Below are positions 26,145 through 36,375 of a stretch of DNA of 41,042 bases, piece by piece. Numbering within the stretch: the stretch's first letter is position 1; each line of letters starts with the position of its first letter. A program made the position numbers and the translations under genes. The notes beneath the pieces were generated by a model. The model worked only from the letters and a program-made list of their open reading frames with translations, searched no databases and had not been told where the DNA came from. Source of the DNA: Solirubrobacteraceae bacterium (GTDB taxonomy: Bacteria > Actinomycetota > Thermoleophilia > Solirubrobacterales > Solirubrobacteraceae); the NCBI GenBank assembly GCA_050696935.1, contig JBOGYU010000001.1:1-41042 (forward strand). The letters run 5' to 3'.

Positions 26145-28865
26145 GTGGTTCCCGAGTCCCACAACGCTTCACTTGAGCGGGACGAGCTGATTGCTCGGAC
26201 GCTGCGGCCTGCGCGCAACGTCGTGCCGGTGCTCGGCGCCGGGATCAGCGAGGGAGCCGAGCTTCCGGGTGCGTTGCTGCTCGGCCAACACCTCCTCAAG
26301 GTCGGCGAGTTCGTCGACCGGAGGCGGCCGTCCGCCACCGCACTGTTCGACATCGTCGACGCCTTGGTGCCGGCGTGGCGGAGCGCCTGCTTGGGGGAGG
26401 CGGTCGCCAAGTTCGTCGCAGTCGAGCCCCCGACGACCAACCCGATGGCGCAGGCGCTCATCGATGTGCCGTCGCAGTTCATCGTCACCCTCAACTACGA
26501 CCTGCTGGTCGAACGGACGGCCGTGGCGGCCGGGCGGCCCGACCCCAGGGTGCTGGTCAACGTCCCGGCCGACCTTCGGGAAGCACACCGGTTGCTCGTT
26601 CGTGGCCCTTGGCCGCCGGACCGGCTGACCGTCCTTCACCTTCATGGCGTCGTGACAGCGCCGGAGACGATCGTTTTAGACAGCGACTCCTACCAGGACC
26701 TCGTCCGAAATCCTGACGTCCAGGCAGTGCTCAGCGAATTGGCGCTGCACCGTACGATGCTGTTCTACGGCACTACTCTCAACGAGACGTACCTTCTGGC
26801 AACGCTCCAGGCGCAGATCAATCGGGCTGAACACGTCCTGGTCTGCCGATCTGGGCAAGAAGGGGAGTTGACCGGCGGCCGGCTGTCGATTTCGTTCGCG
26901 CGCCACAGCATCCGGATCGCGACCGTCCCGACCTTCGATGACCTGCCCGGGCATCTCGCCCAGCTGAATCTGACTCGGGATCAGCCTGCGACCGGCGGCG
27001 CACGGACGGCCGGCTCGCTACCACCCGCCGGCCCATACATCGCGAACGAGTTCAGCGACCGACGCAGGCCGGTCAGCGACGAGGAGCGGATCTTCGCACT
27101 ACTCGGAGACGACGAATACGACAACCCCGCTGAGATCACCGAGGCGAACGTGGCAGCCGGGCATCGAACGCTGGTGCTCGGAGGAGTGGGGACCGGGAAG
27201 TCCGAACTGCTCGCCCATCTTGCTCGAACCAGCCGGCCCGACCGGCCAGGAGTGCTGATTCGTCTCGGCGATCAGAAGTTCACCGGAGGAAGGCCCGAAC
27301 GGGTGCTCGGCCGCTGGGCGCAAACGGGATGGAGCGCGAGCGGCGATGTCACCGTCACCGCCGACGCCATCGAAGGCGGGTCGATGCACTTCCTGCTCGA
27401 CGGCCTTGACGAAGTGCCGTCAGCCGAGCAACAAGCCGCTGCGAATCTGGTCGTCGACCTCGCTAACCGACTGCCGCAGCATGCGTTCACCGTTACATCC
27501 CGGCCGGTCGCCGCCGCCTCCACGCTAATCGACGCCACCATCGAAGGGCGCCCTGGCTGGGAAGTGCTACAGCTTGAGCCGAGCTCGGCTTGGCAGTCCC
27601 GGTACCTGACGCATCGCGGCGTCTCGTTCGAGGACTTGATGACCGCCCTGCCCGAGCTTGGGGATATGCCCGAGGTCCTCACTACCCCGTTCTTCCTCTC
27701 CCGGGTGGTCGACCTCTACTCAGAGGGCCGGCTCACGGGTCTGAAGGATCTCGGAGAGTTGCTCGCCGCGCTGATCGACACGCTGCTCCAACGTGAGGAG
27801 CCGTTGCTCACCCTCGATCCTGCGGAAGTCCGAGCCTGGCTCCACAGCGTCGCGCTTGCGGGGCTACTGGCAGGTCGTCGATCCTTGCTGGCGTACGAGC
27901 TCGACCGGTTTCCGCTGCCCGACGGCGCCGCCGGCAGCCCGCGGGAACTGGCGGAGATGCTCGTCCAGCGTCTGCTACTGGCCGAGCACGCTGGGGTGTA
28001 CCGATTCGCTCACAGGATTCTTGGCGAGCAACTGGCAGCCGAGGCGCTTGGCGACCGCGAACCCACCGCGGCACTGATGGACTGCCTCGTCCCTCGGCGC
28101 AGCGACGCGATCGCCGCGGTGCGCGAGGACGCGCTGGTCACGGTCACGCTCGTCTGCCTTCGCGCGGCCGATTGGCGACGGGCCGTCGCCGAACGCGACC
28201 CCCTGGCCGTTGCCGCAGCGACCCCGAACGACGCGAGCCCGCAGGAGCGCCGCCAGGCTGCCGAGCTGCTCTGGGGCGTCTACACCGAACGTGCGATCTG
28301 GATGAGGCAGCGGGGCACGTCTGCGCTGCTGGACCACGCGTCAGCCCTTGGTCGTCTGATCGACAAGGATCCCGAGTCGGAGATCGCCCGTCGGGTCCGG
28401 GCCGCAATCCACCCTGGTGAACGTGAGCAGCAGGGAAACGCAATCAACGCCTGGGTGCGAAGCCGCCCGAAGGGGTTCGTCGAGGACCTCCGAAAGGTGC
28501 TCGCCGACCATGGCCGCGACGGCGTGGTGCATCGCCAGGCCGCATCCGCCGCGTTAGACGGCGGCTACACCGAGCTCCTCGACGAACTTGTACAACTCGT
28601 CGAGACCACGCCCGATAGCGCGGTGCAGCAGGGCGCCGGGCTCGCCCTCGTGCAGCTACTCCCGGCGGAGCGGCGCCTCGATCTGGGGTTGCGGCTCATG
28701 CGCACGCAGGAAGCCGACCTGGTATTGACCCGTCTGGTCGCTGAACTGAGCCCGCGCGAGCTGATCCTGATGGCGGCGGCCTACGAAGGCGAAGACCCGT
28801 CTTGGGATAGACGGCTAAAGAGAAAGCTCGCCGAGGCGATCGCGAAGGTGGCCGAGGATGCCTGA
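26145..28865 (+). CDS. SIR2-like (SIR2_2) NADase domain fused to a NACHT/STAND NTPase and a helical-repeat C-terminus
   Basis: SIR2 blocks are NVVPVLGAGIS, FIVTLNYDLLVE and LTVLHLHGVV..IVLDSDSY, with the catalytic N and H present. Walker A (GGVGTGKS) is at 27180-27203. The NACHT-type Walker B (FLLDGLDEV) is at 27390-27416. About 400 aa of helical repeats follow. Confidence 0.85.
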   Translation: MVPESHNASLERDELIARTLRPARNVVPVLGAGISEGAELPGALLLGQHLLKVGEFVDRRRPSATALFDIVDALVPAWRSACLGEAVAKFVAVEPPTTNPMAQALIDVPSQFIVTLNYDLLVERTAVAAGRPDPRVLVNVPADLREAHRLLVRGPWPPDRLTVLHLHGVVTAPETIVLDSDSYQDLVRNPDVQAVLSELALHRTMLFYGTTLNETYLLATLQAQINRAEHVLVCRSGQEGELTGGRLSISFARHSIRIATVPTFDDLPGHLAQLNLTRDQPATGGARTAGSLPPAGPYIANEFSDRRRPVSDEERIFALLGDDEYDNPAEITEANVAAGHRTLVLGGVGTGKSELLAHLARTSRPDRPGVLIRLGDQKFTGGRPERVLGRWAQTGWSASGDVTVTADAIEGGSMHFLLDGLDEVPSAEQQAAANLVVDLANRLPQHAFTVTSRPVAAASTLIDATIEGRPGWEVLQLEPSSAWQSRYLTHRGVSFEDLMTALPELGDMPEVLTTPFFLSRVVDLYSEGRLTGLKDLGELLAALIDTLLQREEPLLTLDPAEVRAWLHSVALAGLLAGRRSLLAYELDRFPLPDGAAGSPRELAEMLVQRLLLAEHAGVYRFAHRILGEQLAAEALGDREPTAALMDCLVPRRSDAIAAVREDALVTVTLVCLRAADWRRAVAERDPLAVAAATPNDASPQERRQAAELLWGVYTERAIWMRQRGTSALLDHASALGRLIDKDPESEIARRVRAAIHPGEREQQGNAINAWVRSRPKGFVEDLRKVLADHGRDGVVHRQAASAALDGGYTELLDELVQLVETTPDSAVQQGAGLALVQLLPAERRLDLGLRLMRTQEADLVLTRLVAELSPRELILMAAAYEGEDPSWDRRLKRKLAEAIAKVAEDA

Positions 28866-30252
28866 TCCAGAGCTGATCGCGGCGGCGTGCAAGGCCACGA
28901 TCCTTTGGCGGCTCGACGTCCGAGCGGCCGCGCGGCTCAGTCGTCACGATCCTCCTGCTGCTGTGCGCGGCATCGCCGAGGCGATGCAGCAGGGAGCCGA
29001 GTGGTGGCACGTCATCGCGCTCACTTCCCACCTGACCCCAGAGGATCTCCGAAACGGGGGGCTCGACGAGGAGGTCATCCGACGAGTCGAAGCCACTCAA
29101 GCCGCCGCCTGCGCTCGCGAAAAACAAGATCCCGATGCCTTCGCCGACGCGGAGGATGAGCCGCCTCTCGAGCTCGCGCCGCCTCCGAACCTGACCGAGC
29201 TGGTGATGGGTACGCCTGAGGACACCGACGGGCCGCTGCTGCGCGGCCACCGGACCCTGTCCGGGCACGTCAACGACCTCGACGCGCAGCACCGCGCACG
29301 GCTCACGGCGCGGATCGCTGCCTGGTGGCCGGAGAAACCGTACGTCGAGACGATCACGTGGATCGATCATGGCACCTGGCGTCAGGAGTACGGGTCGGCG
29401 GCCTGGTTGGCGTACGCCTCGGCGCTCGGCCTGACAGTGACCTCCGAGCAATGGGCGCAGGTTGCGTCCTGCGGGGTCCTGTTCGACCCTCAGCGTCTTT
29501 GGCTGCGCGAGCGGTCCACCGTGGACGGACAGCTACGTGCCGCCGAGTTGCTCGCCGGCGTCGCGAACCCGGCGCGGTGGCTGGGTCTCTTCGACTGTTG
29601 CAAGGATCCGCTCGCCGAGCCAATCATGCAAGCCGCGTCCGACGCGCTCCGCGCCCATCCGTCTGTGCCGAGGTCAATCACGGAAAGCGAAGACCTCCGC
29701 GCGCGCGAAAAGGTCATCGGACGGCTCGTGGCCAACGGCCGCGCCGACCTGGCGCTGCGGCTGGCAGAGCAGCGCCCCGACCTCGAAGCCTCCTTTGATC
29801 GCAAGCTCGCAGAGCACGGTGACGCCGACGCGCAGGTCCGCCTTGCGAGCGGTCTCGTCGCCCGGGCGGCGGATGGCGAATCGCTCGTCCACGAGGATTT
29901 CGGGTGGATGGATGCCGTGGCGGACGAGCGGCTCCTGGGACCGTTGTTCGAGCTACTCGGACTGGTGTGGAGAACCAGCGACAAGCCGGTTCCCCGGGTC
30001 TCGTCCGGCAGCGGCCTGCATGACGTGACTAACCCGGTGATGGCGGCAATCAAGACCGTGGGCGGCCGAGCCGCTATCGATGGTTACGACGAGCTCCTCG
30101 CCCGCGGCGGTGACATGCGCTGGCTACGCCATCAGCGCGAAGAGATAGCGGCGTCCGCGCTTCGCATGGACGGCCTCGAGGCAGCGGAGGCTGCCGCGGC
30201 CGAAGCCAACATCCCTGTCCTGCCCGTCGTGGCGGAGAACGATCCGGTGTGA
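28858..30252 (+). CDS. hypothetical 464-aa alpha-helical protein, translationally coupled partner of the SIR2-NACHT gene
   Basis: Its ATG overlaps the upstream stop by 8 nt (ATGCCTGA). Codon usage is gene-like across the whole ORF. I recognise no motif. Confidence 0.7.
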   Translation: MPDPELIAAACKATILWRLDVRAAARLSRHDPPAAVRGIAEAMQQGAEWWHVIALTSHLTPEDLRNGGLDEEVIRRVEATQAAACAREKQDPDAFADAEDEPPLELAPPPNLTELVMGTPEDTDGPLLRGHRTLSGHVNDLDAQHRARLTARIAAWWPEKPYVETITWIDHGTWRQEYGSAAWLAYASALGLTVTSEQWAQVASCGVLFDPQRLWLRERSTVDGQLRAAELLAGVANPARWLGLFDCCKDPLAEPIMQAASDALRAHPSVPRSITESEDLRAREKVIGRLVANGRADLALRLAEQRPDLEASFDRKLAEHGDADAQVRLASGLVARAADGESLVHEDFGWMDAVADERLLGPLFELLGLVWRTSDKPVPRVSSGSGLHDVTNPVMAAIKTVGGRAAIDGYDELLARGGDMRWLRHQREEIAASALRMDGLEAAEAAAAEANIPVLPVVAENDPV

Positions 30253-30417
30253 CTCGGCTGGCGTCGACCCGCTCGATGAGGGCTGCCGCACTGGCTGCTG
30301 CGTCTCGCGCAAAGCGACAGTCGCGCTATAGCCCACCGGACCGCTCCCTGGAGTTGACCCGGTTTCGTGGACACCTGAGCGCTTGGGCCGCTGGGCCCGG
30401 GCAGGAAGGATGTGTTC

Positions 30418-30714
30418 ATGCCATCGAGTCGTCCCCCGTATTCGTCGGAGTTCCGGCGCCAGGCCGTCGAGCTGGTGCGCTCGAGCGGGTCGTCGATCCC
30501 GCAGATCGCCGACGAGCTCGGCGTCTCGCCGCAGTCGCTTAGGAACTGGGTCAAGCAGACCGGGTTGGACCGCGGTGAGCGCCGCGACGGGCTGACCAGC
30601 GACGAGCGCGAGGAGCTGCGCCGGCTGCGGCGCGAGAACCGCCGCCTGACCCAGGAGCGCGAGATCCTCAAGGCGGCCGCGGCTTTCTTCGCCAGGGAGA
30701 CCGATCACCGGTGA
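30418..30714 (+). CDS. IS3-family transposase OrfA (HTH)
   Basis: PPYSSEFRRQAVELV...IPQIADELGVSPQSLRNWVKQ...ELRRLRRENRRLTQEREILKAAAAFFA is the classic IS3 OrfA HTH plus leucine zipper. ATG at 30418 with AGGAAGGA upstream. Confidence 0.9.
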   Translation: MPSSRPPYSSEFRRQAVELVRSSGSSIPQIADELGVSPQSLRNWVKQTGLDRGERRDGLTSDEREELRRLRRENRRLTQEREILKAAAAFFARETDHR

Positions 30715-31646
30715 TGATGTGCTTCCGGCTGATCGACGCGAAGCGAGCACAGCATCCCGTCTCCCTGCTGTGCGAGGTGCTCGGCGTCAGCCGCGCCGGC
30801 TACTACGCCTGGAAGCAGCGGCCGGCGTGCGCGCAGCGGCGACGCGATGACGAGCTGCTGGGTGAGATCCGGGCCATCCATGACGAGAGCAAGGGCACCT
30901 ACGGCTGGCCGCGGATCCACGCCGAGCTGCGCCACCGCGGCACGCGCATCTCGCGCAAGCGTGTCGCCAGGCTGATGCGCCAGGGCGGGCTGTCGGGCAT
31001 GGTTCGGCGGCGCAAGGGCCGCACAACGGTCTCGGTCCCGGGCATCGCCACCGCGCCGGACCTCGTGCGTCGCGACTTCGCGCCGAGCGCGCCGAACCGG
31101 CTGTGGGTCGCCGACCTGACCGAGATCGCCACCTGGGAGGGCAAGCTCTACCTCGCCGTCGTCGTGGACTGCTTCTCGCGCCGCTGCGTCGGCTGGGCGA
31201 TGGCCGAGCACATGCGCGCCGAACTCGTCGTCGAAGCGCTCGAGATGGCGCTCTGGCACCGCCGCCCCGACGTCGGACTCGTTCACCACAGCGACAGGGG
31301 CGGCCAATACGTGTCGCTGATCTTCGGCCAGACCGCGCGCGCCGCCGGCATCGACATCTCGATGGGCGCCAAAGGCTGCGCGCTCGACAACGCCGTCTGC
31401 GAGGCGTTCTTCGCCACGCTCAAGAAGGAACTCACCCGCCGGCGCTCCTGGCCCACCCGCCGAGAGCTCCAGAGCGCCGTGTTCGCGTGGATCGAAGGCT
31501 GGTACAACCGCCGCCGGCTGCACTCCACGCTCGGCTACCTCTCGCCGCTCGACTACGAGAACAGAACTCTCATGACCGGCGGTGCCAGTCTCGCCGCTTC
31601 GCGGCTCGCGCCCACATCAGGGATGATCAAGGAGAAGGCTGCGTAG
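30711..31646 (+). CDS. IS3-family transposase OrfB (DDE/rve integrase core)
   Basis: HPVSLLCEVLGVSRAGYYAW...GTYGWPRIHAELR...NRLWVADLTEI...VVDCFSRRCVGW...VHHSDRGGQYVS...DNAVCEAFFATLKKE...YNRRRLHSTLGYLSP. Confidence 0.92.
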   Translation: MMMCFRLIDAKRAQHPVSLLCEVLGVSRAGYYAWKQRPACAQRRRDDELLGEIRAIHDESKGTYGWPRIHAELRHRGTRISRKRVARLMRQGGLSGMVRRRKGRTTVSVPGIATAPDLVRRDFAPSAPNRLWVADLTEIATWEGKLYLAVVVDCFSRRCVGWAMAEHMRAELVVEALEMALWHRRPDVGLVHHSDRGGQYVSLIFGQTARAAGIDISMGAKGCALDNAVCEAFFATLKKELTRRRSWPTRRELQSAVFAWIEGWYNRRRLHSTLGYLSPLDYENRTLMTGGASLAASRLAPTSGMIKEKAA

Positions 31647-31684
31647 ACCAGCCCCAACGTGTCCACCGGAACGGGTCAAGTCCA

Positions 31685-32028
31685 CCTAACGACACGTCCA
31701 CCGTCCAGCGGCCCGAGCCATCGCAGGCGCCTTTGAGCGACAGCCTCCGTCCAAAGCGGAAGCCGATGATCTTGCTGTAGAGCGTCGTGCGGCTCGCGCT
31801 ACGAGTGGCTGCGCCTGACGACGGAAGCTCGAACTCGCGGTATCTGAGTGCTGGATCGACATTCCGCTCGAACGGAAGGAGCTTGGGCCTTGGGCACTTC
31901 ATCGCGACCCAGATCGCGTCCTCGTCCGCCTTCTTCGGGCTCGCGTCGGTCGTCTGGAAGAGCGCGCCCTTCGCCTGATGCATGGGCAAGAGGGCGCGCT
32001 CCTTGTCGATAACGTCCTGAGACGCCAC
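31685..32028 (-). pseudogene. small protein with Fis-like C-terminal HTH, 3' end apparently interrupted by the IS3 element
   Basis: The first ~114 codons of ORF 31627..32028 look gene-like, and AATRSASRTTLYSKIIGF resembles a Fis/NtrC-type HTH. The reading frame then runs straight into the IS right inverted repeat at 31684. Confidence 0.4.
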
Positions 32029-32044
32029 AGCAGCCGCGGAGCCT

Positions 32045-32826
32045 TTAGAGCGACACCTCGCGCCGGGTGATTCGCCAGGTGCCGATCAGGAGCGGAAGTA
32101 GCATCCAGAGTGCGAGCGCGGTGCCGGCGTGTGCCCATTGGGTGGCGCTCATGACCTCCTCCTGCATCGGGCTGAGGGCGCGCGCGGTGGATACCCACGG
32201 GGCGATGTCGGCGAAGATGGACAGCGAGACCACCGCCATCCACGCCATCGGCAGCGGGAAGAGGAGGACGATGGCGGGCGCCGAGGCGAGCAGGATTGCG
32301 CCGAACGCGACGCCAACGACCATCCCGGTCGTCAGGTAGACGGCGGACTGGCCGATCAGCGGCGCGGCGTCCGCCCAGGTCCCTTCGACGCCCGGCGACG
32401 CGACGAGCACACCCGCGGCGACGACGGCGACGGACATGACCAGCGTCGCGACGGCGAGGACGAGGCTCGCGATCAGCTTGGCGCCGAGGACGCGCGAGCG
32501 CACCGGGACCAGCGCGAACGTGATCAGCCCGGTGCGCTGGGACCACTCGGAGGTGACGAGCAGGATGCCGAGGACCGGCAGCAGGATGGCCGCCGGCTGA
32601 AGCCCGACGTTGAGGACGGACTGGAATGTGAGGTCCGCCGCGTCGCCGACGACGCAGGCGACGATCACGGCGACGACCGTGATCGCCACCGTCGCGACCT
32701 GCAGCCAGAAGCCGGCCCGGGTGTTGACCATCTTGCGCAGCTCGACGGCGACGAGGCGGCCGAGGCCGGGGCGCGCGTGGACGCCGGCGGTGTCCGCCGG
32801 GATCGGTGCGGCGAGGGTGGTGGTGC

Positions 32827-32830
<4 letters not shown>
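32045..32830 (-). CDS. ABC-2 type transporter permease
   Basis: 261 aa with six hydrophobic helices. 4-nt overlap with the upstream ATPase gene. Confidence 0.8.
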
Positions 32831-33765
<935 letters not shown>

Positions 33766-33901
33766 GCCTGCAGACTCGTGGCCGGCCGGGTTTGCAACCA
33801 CGGTCCGCGGGCTACGCTCGCCGAGCCCGGCGGCGGTGGCAGACAACGACTTTGGTAGGGGGTCGTCGCCGTGGCGCTCGCCTAGCCTTGACCCTCGAGC
33901 G

Positions 33902-35098
33902 ATGGCACGCCAGGCGACAGCACGCTTTACCGATGGCCTGTCCGGCTGGTTGCGCTCCGCGCTGCCCGGCGTCGTGATCGACGCCCCCGACGAGGAGCGT
34001 GGCCGCCGCGACCGCGTCGTCGACGCGACGATCTACCTGGGCGCGTTCGCGATCAGCGCCGCCACCCTCGCGGGCACTTGGGAAATGCACTCGCCCTGGC
34101 TGCGCGTCGTGGCCGTCGTGGTCGGGATCGCGACGCTCGTCTCGCTGCACTGGCGGCGCACCCACCCAGCCGCCGTCGGGATCGGCATCGGGGCGGTCTC
34201 GCTCGTGATCCTCACGGCCTCCGGCGCGAACCTCGCTGCCGCCTTCAACGCCGCGATCCGGGCTCGTGGCCGTGATCTGGCCATCATCGCCGGGCTCCTG
34301 ATCGCCTGGGCCTTCGCGAGCCCGCTGCTCTACCCCTCCGCCGGTAGCTACTGGGCCAACGCGGGGGCCTGCGTACTGGTGACGGGCGTCGTCCTCGGCT
34401 GGGGACTCTTCGTACGCGCGCGGCGACAGCTCGTGCGATCGCTGCGTGCGCAAGGCGATCGCGCCGCGGACGAGGCCCGCGCGGCCGAGCGGCGGCGGAT
34501 CGCGCGCGAGATGCACGACGTGCTCGCCCACCGCCTCTCGCTGCTCTCCGTGCACGCCGGCGCGCTCGAGTTCCGCCCCGACGCTCCGGCCGGGGAGGTC
34601 GCCGAGGCGGCCGGCGTGATCCGCGAGAGCGCGAAGACGGCGCTCGAGGAGCTGCGCGGCGTGATCGGCGTCCTGCGCGAGGACGGCGGCGAGAGCCTGA
34701 CACAGCCACCCCAGCCGACGCTCGCCGACCTCGCCGCCCTCGTCGAGGAGTCGCGGGCGGCCGGGATGCGTGTCACCGCCCGGATCGATCTGGGCGACGC
34801 GGCGCCGCCCGCCGCCGTCGGCCGCACCGCGTACCGGATCGCTCAGGAGGGTCTGACCAACGCACGCAAGCACGCGCCGGGAGCGGCCGTGACTCTCACC
34901 GTCCGCGCGCCCGACGGCGACCTGCAGGTCGAGGTCCGCAGCCTCGCGCCGGTGGCCGTCGCGTCGGGATCGCCGGTGCCCGGGGCGGGGACCGGCCTGA
35001 TCGGGCTCGCCGAGCGCGTCACGCTCGCCGGCGGCGAGCTCGAGCACGGCGTCGACCCCGACGGCGCGTTCGTCGTGCGCGCCCGCCTGCCGCGATGA
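33902..35098 (+). CDS. sensor histidine kinase, HisKA_3 (DesK/NarX-like) family
   Basis: ATG at 33902. Has TM helices, the H-box (ERRRIAREMHDVLAHRLS), the N-box (GLTNARKHA) and the G-box (GTGLIGLAERV). Confidence 0.9.
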   Translation: MARQATARFTDGLSGWLRSALPGVVIDAPDEERGRRDRVVDATIYLGAFAISAATLAGTWEMHSPWLRVVAVVVGIATLVSLHWRRTHPAAVGIGIGAVSLVILTASGANLAAAFNAAIRARGRDLAIIAGLLIAWAFASPLLYPSAGSYWANAGACVLVTGVVLGWGLFVRARRQLVRSLRAQGDRAADEARAAERRRIAREMHDVLAHRLSLLSVHAGALEFRPDAPAGEVAEAAGVIRESAKTALEELRGVIGVLREDGGESLTQPPQPTLADLAALVEESRAAGMRVTARIDLGDAAPPAAVGRTAYRIAQEGLTNARKHAPGAAVTLTVRAPDGDLQVEVRSLAPVAVASGSPVPGAGTGLIGLAERVTLAGGELEHGVDPDGAFVVRARLPR

Positions 35099-35748
35099 TC
35101 CGCGTCCTGCTCGTCGACGATGACGCGCTCGTGCGCTCCGGCCTGCGGATGATGCTCGCCGGGGCGGCGAGCCTCGAGGTGGTGGCCGAGGCCGCCGACG
35201 GCCGCGAGGTGCTGGGGGCGGTCGACCTCCACCGGCCCGACGTCGTGCTCATGGACATCCGCATGCCGCAGCTCGACGGGATCGCGGCCACCCGCCTGCT
35301 CGCCGCGCAGCCCGACCCGCCCGCCGTCCTCGTGCTCACGACCTTCGACGCCGACGAGCTCGTCCTGCGCGCGCTGCAGGCCGGCGCGGCCGGCTTCCTG
35401 CTCAAGGACACCCCGCCGGCGGAGATCGTCCGCGCGATCGAGCTCGTCCACGCGGGCGACGCCATGCTCTCCCCCACCGTGACCCGCCGGCTCATCTCGA
35501 TGGTGGCCGGCGACTCGGACGCCGGCGCCCGCGCCGAGCATGCCCGCGAGCGACTGGCGACGCTCAGCCCGCGCGAGCGCGACGTCGCCTTCGCCATCGG
35601 CCTCGGCCATGGCAACGCCGAGATCGCCGCGACGCTGCACCTCTCCGTCGCGACGGTCAAGGGCCATGTCTCCCGCCTCCTCGACAAGCTCGAGGTCGAC
35701 AACCGCGTCCAGATCGCCCTGCTCGTGCAGGCCGGGCGCGAGCAATAG
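35095..35748 (+). CDS. response regulator, NarL/LuxR family
   Basis: The receiver domain is MIRVLLVDDD...DVVLMDIRMPQLDG. The LuxR HTH is LSPRERDVAFAIGLGHGNAEIAATLHLSVATVKGHVSRLLDKL. 4-nt overlap with the kinase gene. Confidence 0.95.
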   Translation: MIRVLLVDDDALVRSGLRMMLAGAASLEVVAEAADGREVLGAVDLHRPDVVLMDIRMPQLDGIAATRLLAAQPDPPAVLVLTTFDADELVLRALQAGAAGFLLKDTPPAEIVRAIELVHAGDAMLSPTVTRRLISMVAGDSDAGARAEHARERLATLSPRERDVAFAIGLGHGNAEIAATLHLSVATVKGHVSRLLDKLEVDNRVQIALLVQAGREQ

Positions 35749-35968
35749 GGTCACACGTAGCCAAGCGTTCTCCCATGCGCCGCTGCCAAAGCCGGCGAGC
35801 GAGTAGTGGCGAGCTCAGCTCGTCACAGACGGCGCTCACAGCGAGGCTAGCCGCAACCAGCGTGCCGATCACGGCGGCCGTGACACCGGAACGTCGTCCG
35901 TCACGACCCGGGTGGCCAGCGTCGGTCAGGCCGCTGCGAACCGAGACCAAGGCCGCGCTATCGCTTTC

Positions 35969-36125
35969 CATGGAGGCTGTCGCGTAAATCCGCCCGACGA
36001 CGTCGCCGCCGAGAGGCGAAGCCCTGGAGGGCGTTCTAAGGGCTTGCGAGGAGTCTCCGAGGCAAACCAGTCGCCGGGAAACGGGCCTCCGCGCCGCGCT
36101 CTCGATTTATGCGACAGCCTCCATG
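35969..36125. repeat. 22-bp inverted repeat (21/22) enclosing 113 nt; structured RNA or MITE-like element
   Basis: catggaggctgtcgcgtaaatc (35969-35990) versus gatttatgcgacagcctccatg (36104-36125). An internal 7-bp helix aagccct/agggctt is also visible. It lies in a ~630-bp convergent intergenic gap with no credible ORF. Confidence 0.7.
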
Positions 36126-36375
36126 CGACTCGACACTCCCGTCGCCGTGCGTGGCCGCATCCTCGTGCTGCTGCTTTCGTCGCCGGAACGAGCGCGTAGT
36201 GGGGGCGAGGAGCTGGCACCCGCTGTGGGCGAGCAGGGCAGCCCGCTCGTGCTCGCGACTCGTGCTCGCATCCGAGCCGAAGCAAGCGCTCGACGACCCC
36301 CTCGCATGGCGAACTCAACGGTATTGGCGCTAGGCCGAGTGGTGTCCGGCCTCGCCGCCCGCAGCGACGGCCGGC

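Larger units (their letters stand above)
30349..31684 (+). mobile_element. IS3-family insertion sequence (1336 bp)
   Basis: Imperfect terminal inverted repeats with TG...CA ends: 30349 tggagttgacccggtttcgtggacac versus the reverse complement of 31659-31684, tggacttgacccgttccggtggacac (21/26 match). orfA and orfB overlap, with orfB in the -1 frame. Confidence 0.85.

Noticed and set aside
30346-31687. Target-site duplication for the IS3 element.
   Set aside because: The flanking triplets are ccc (30346-30348) and cct (31685-31687), matching at only 2 of 3 positions. That is not convincing, so no duplication is claimed.
31737-31748. A third copy of the 12-mer gcgacagcctcc, which is also found in both arms of the 35969/36125 inverted repeat.
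   Set aside because: Only 12 nt match and the flanks do not. In a GC-biased 41-kb window this could be chance, so it is not treated as another copy of the element.
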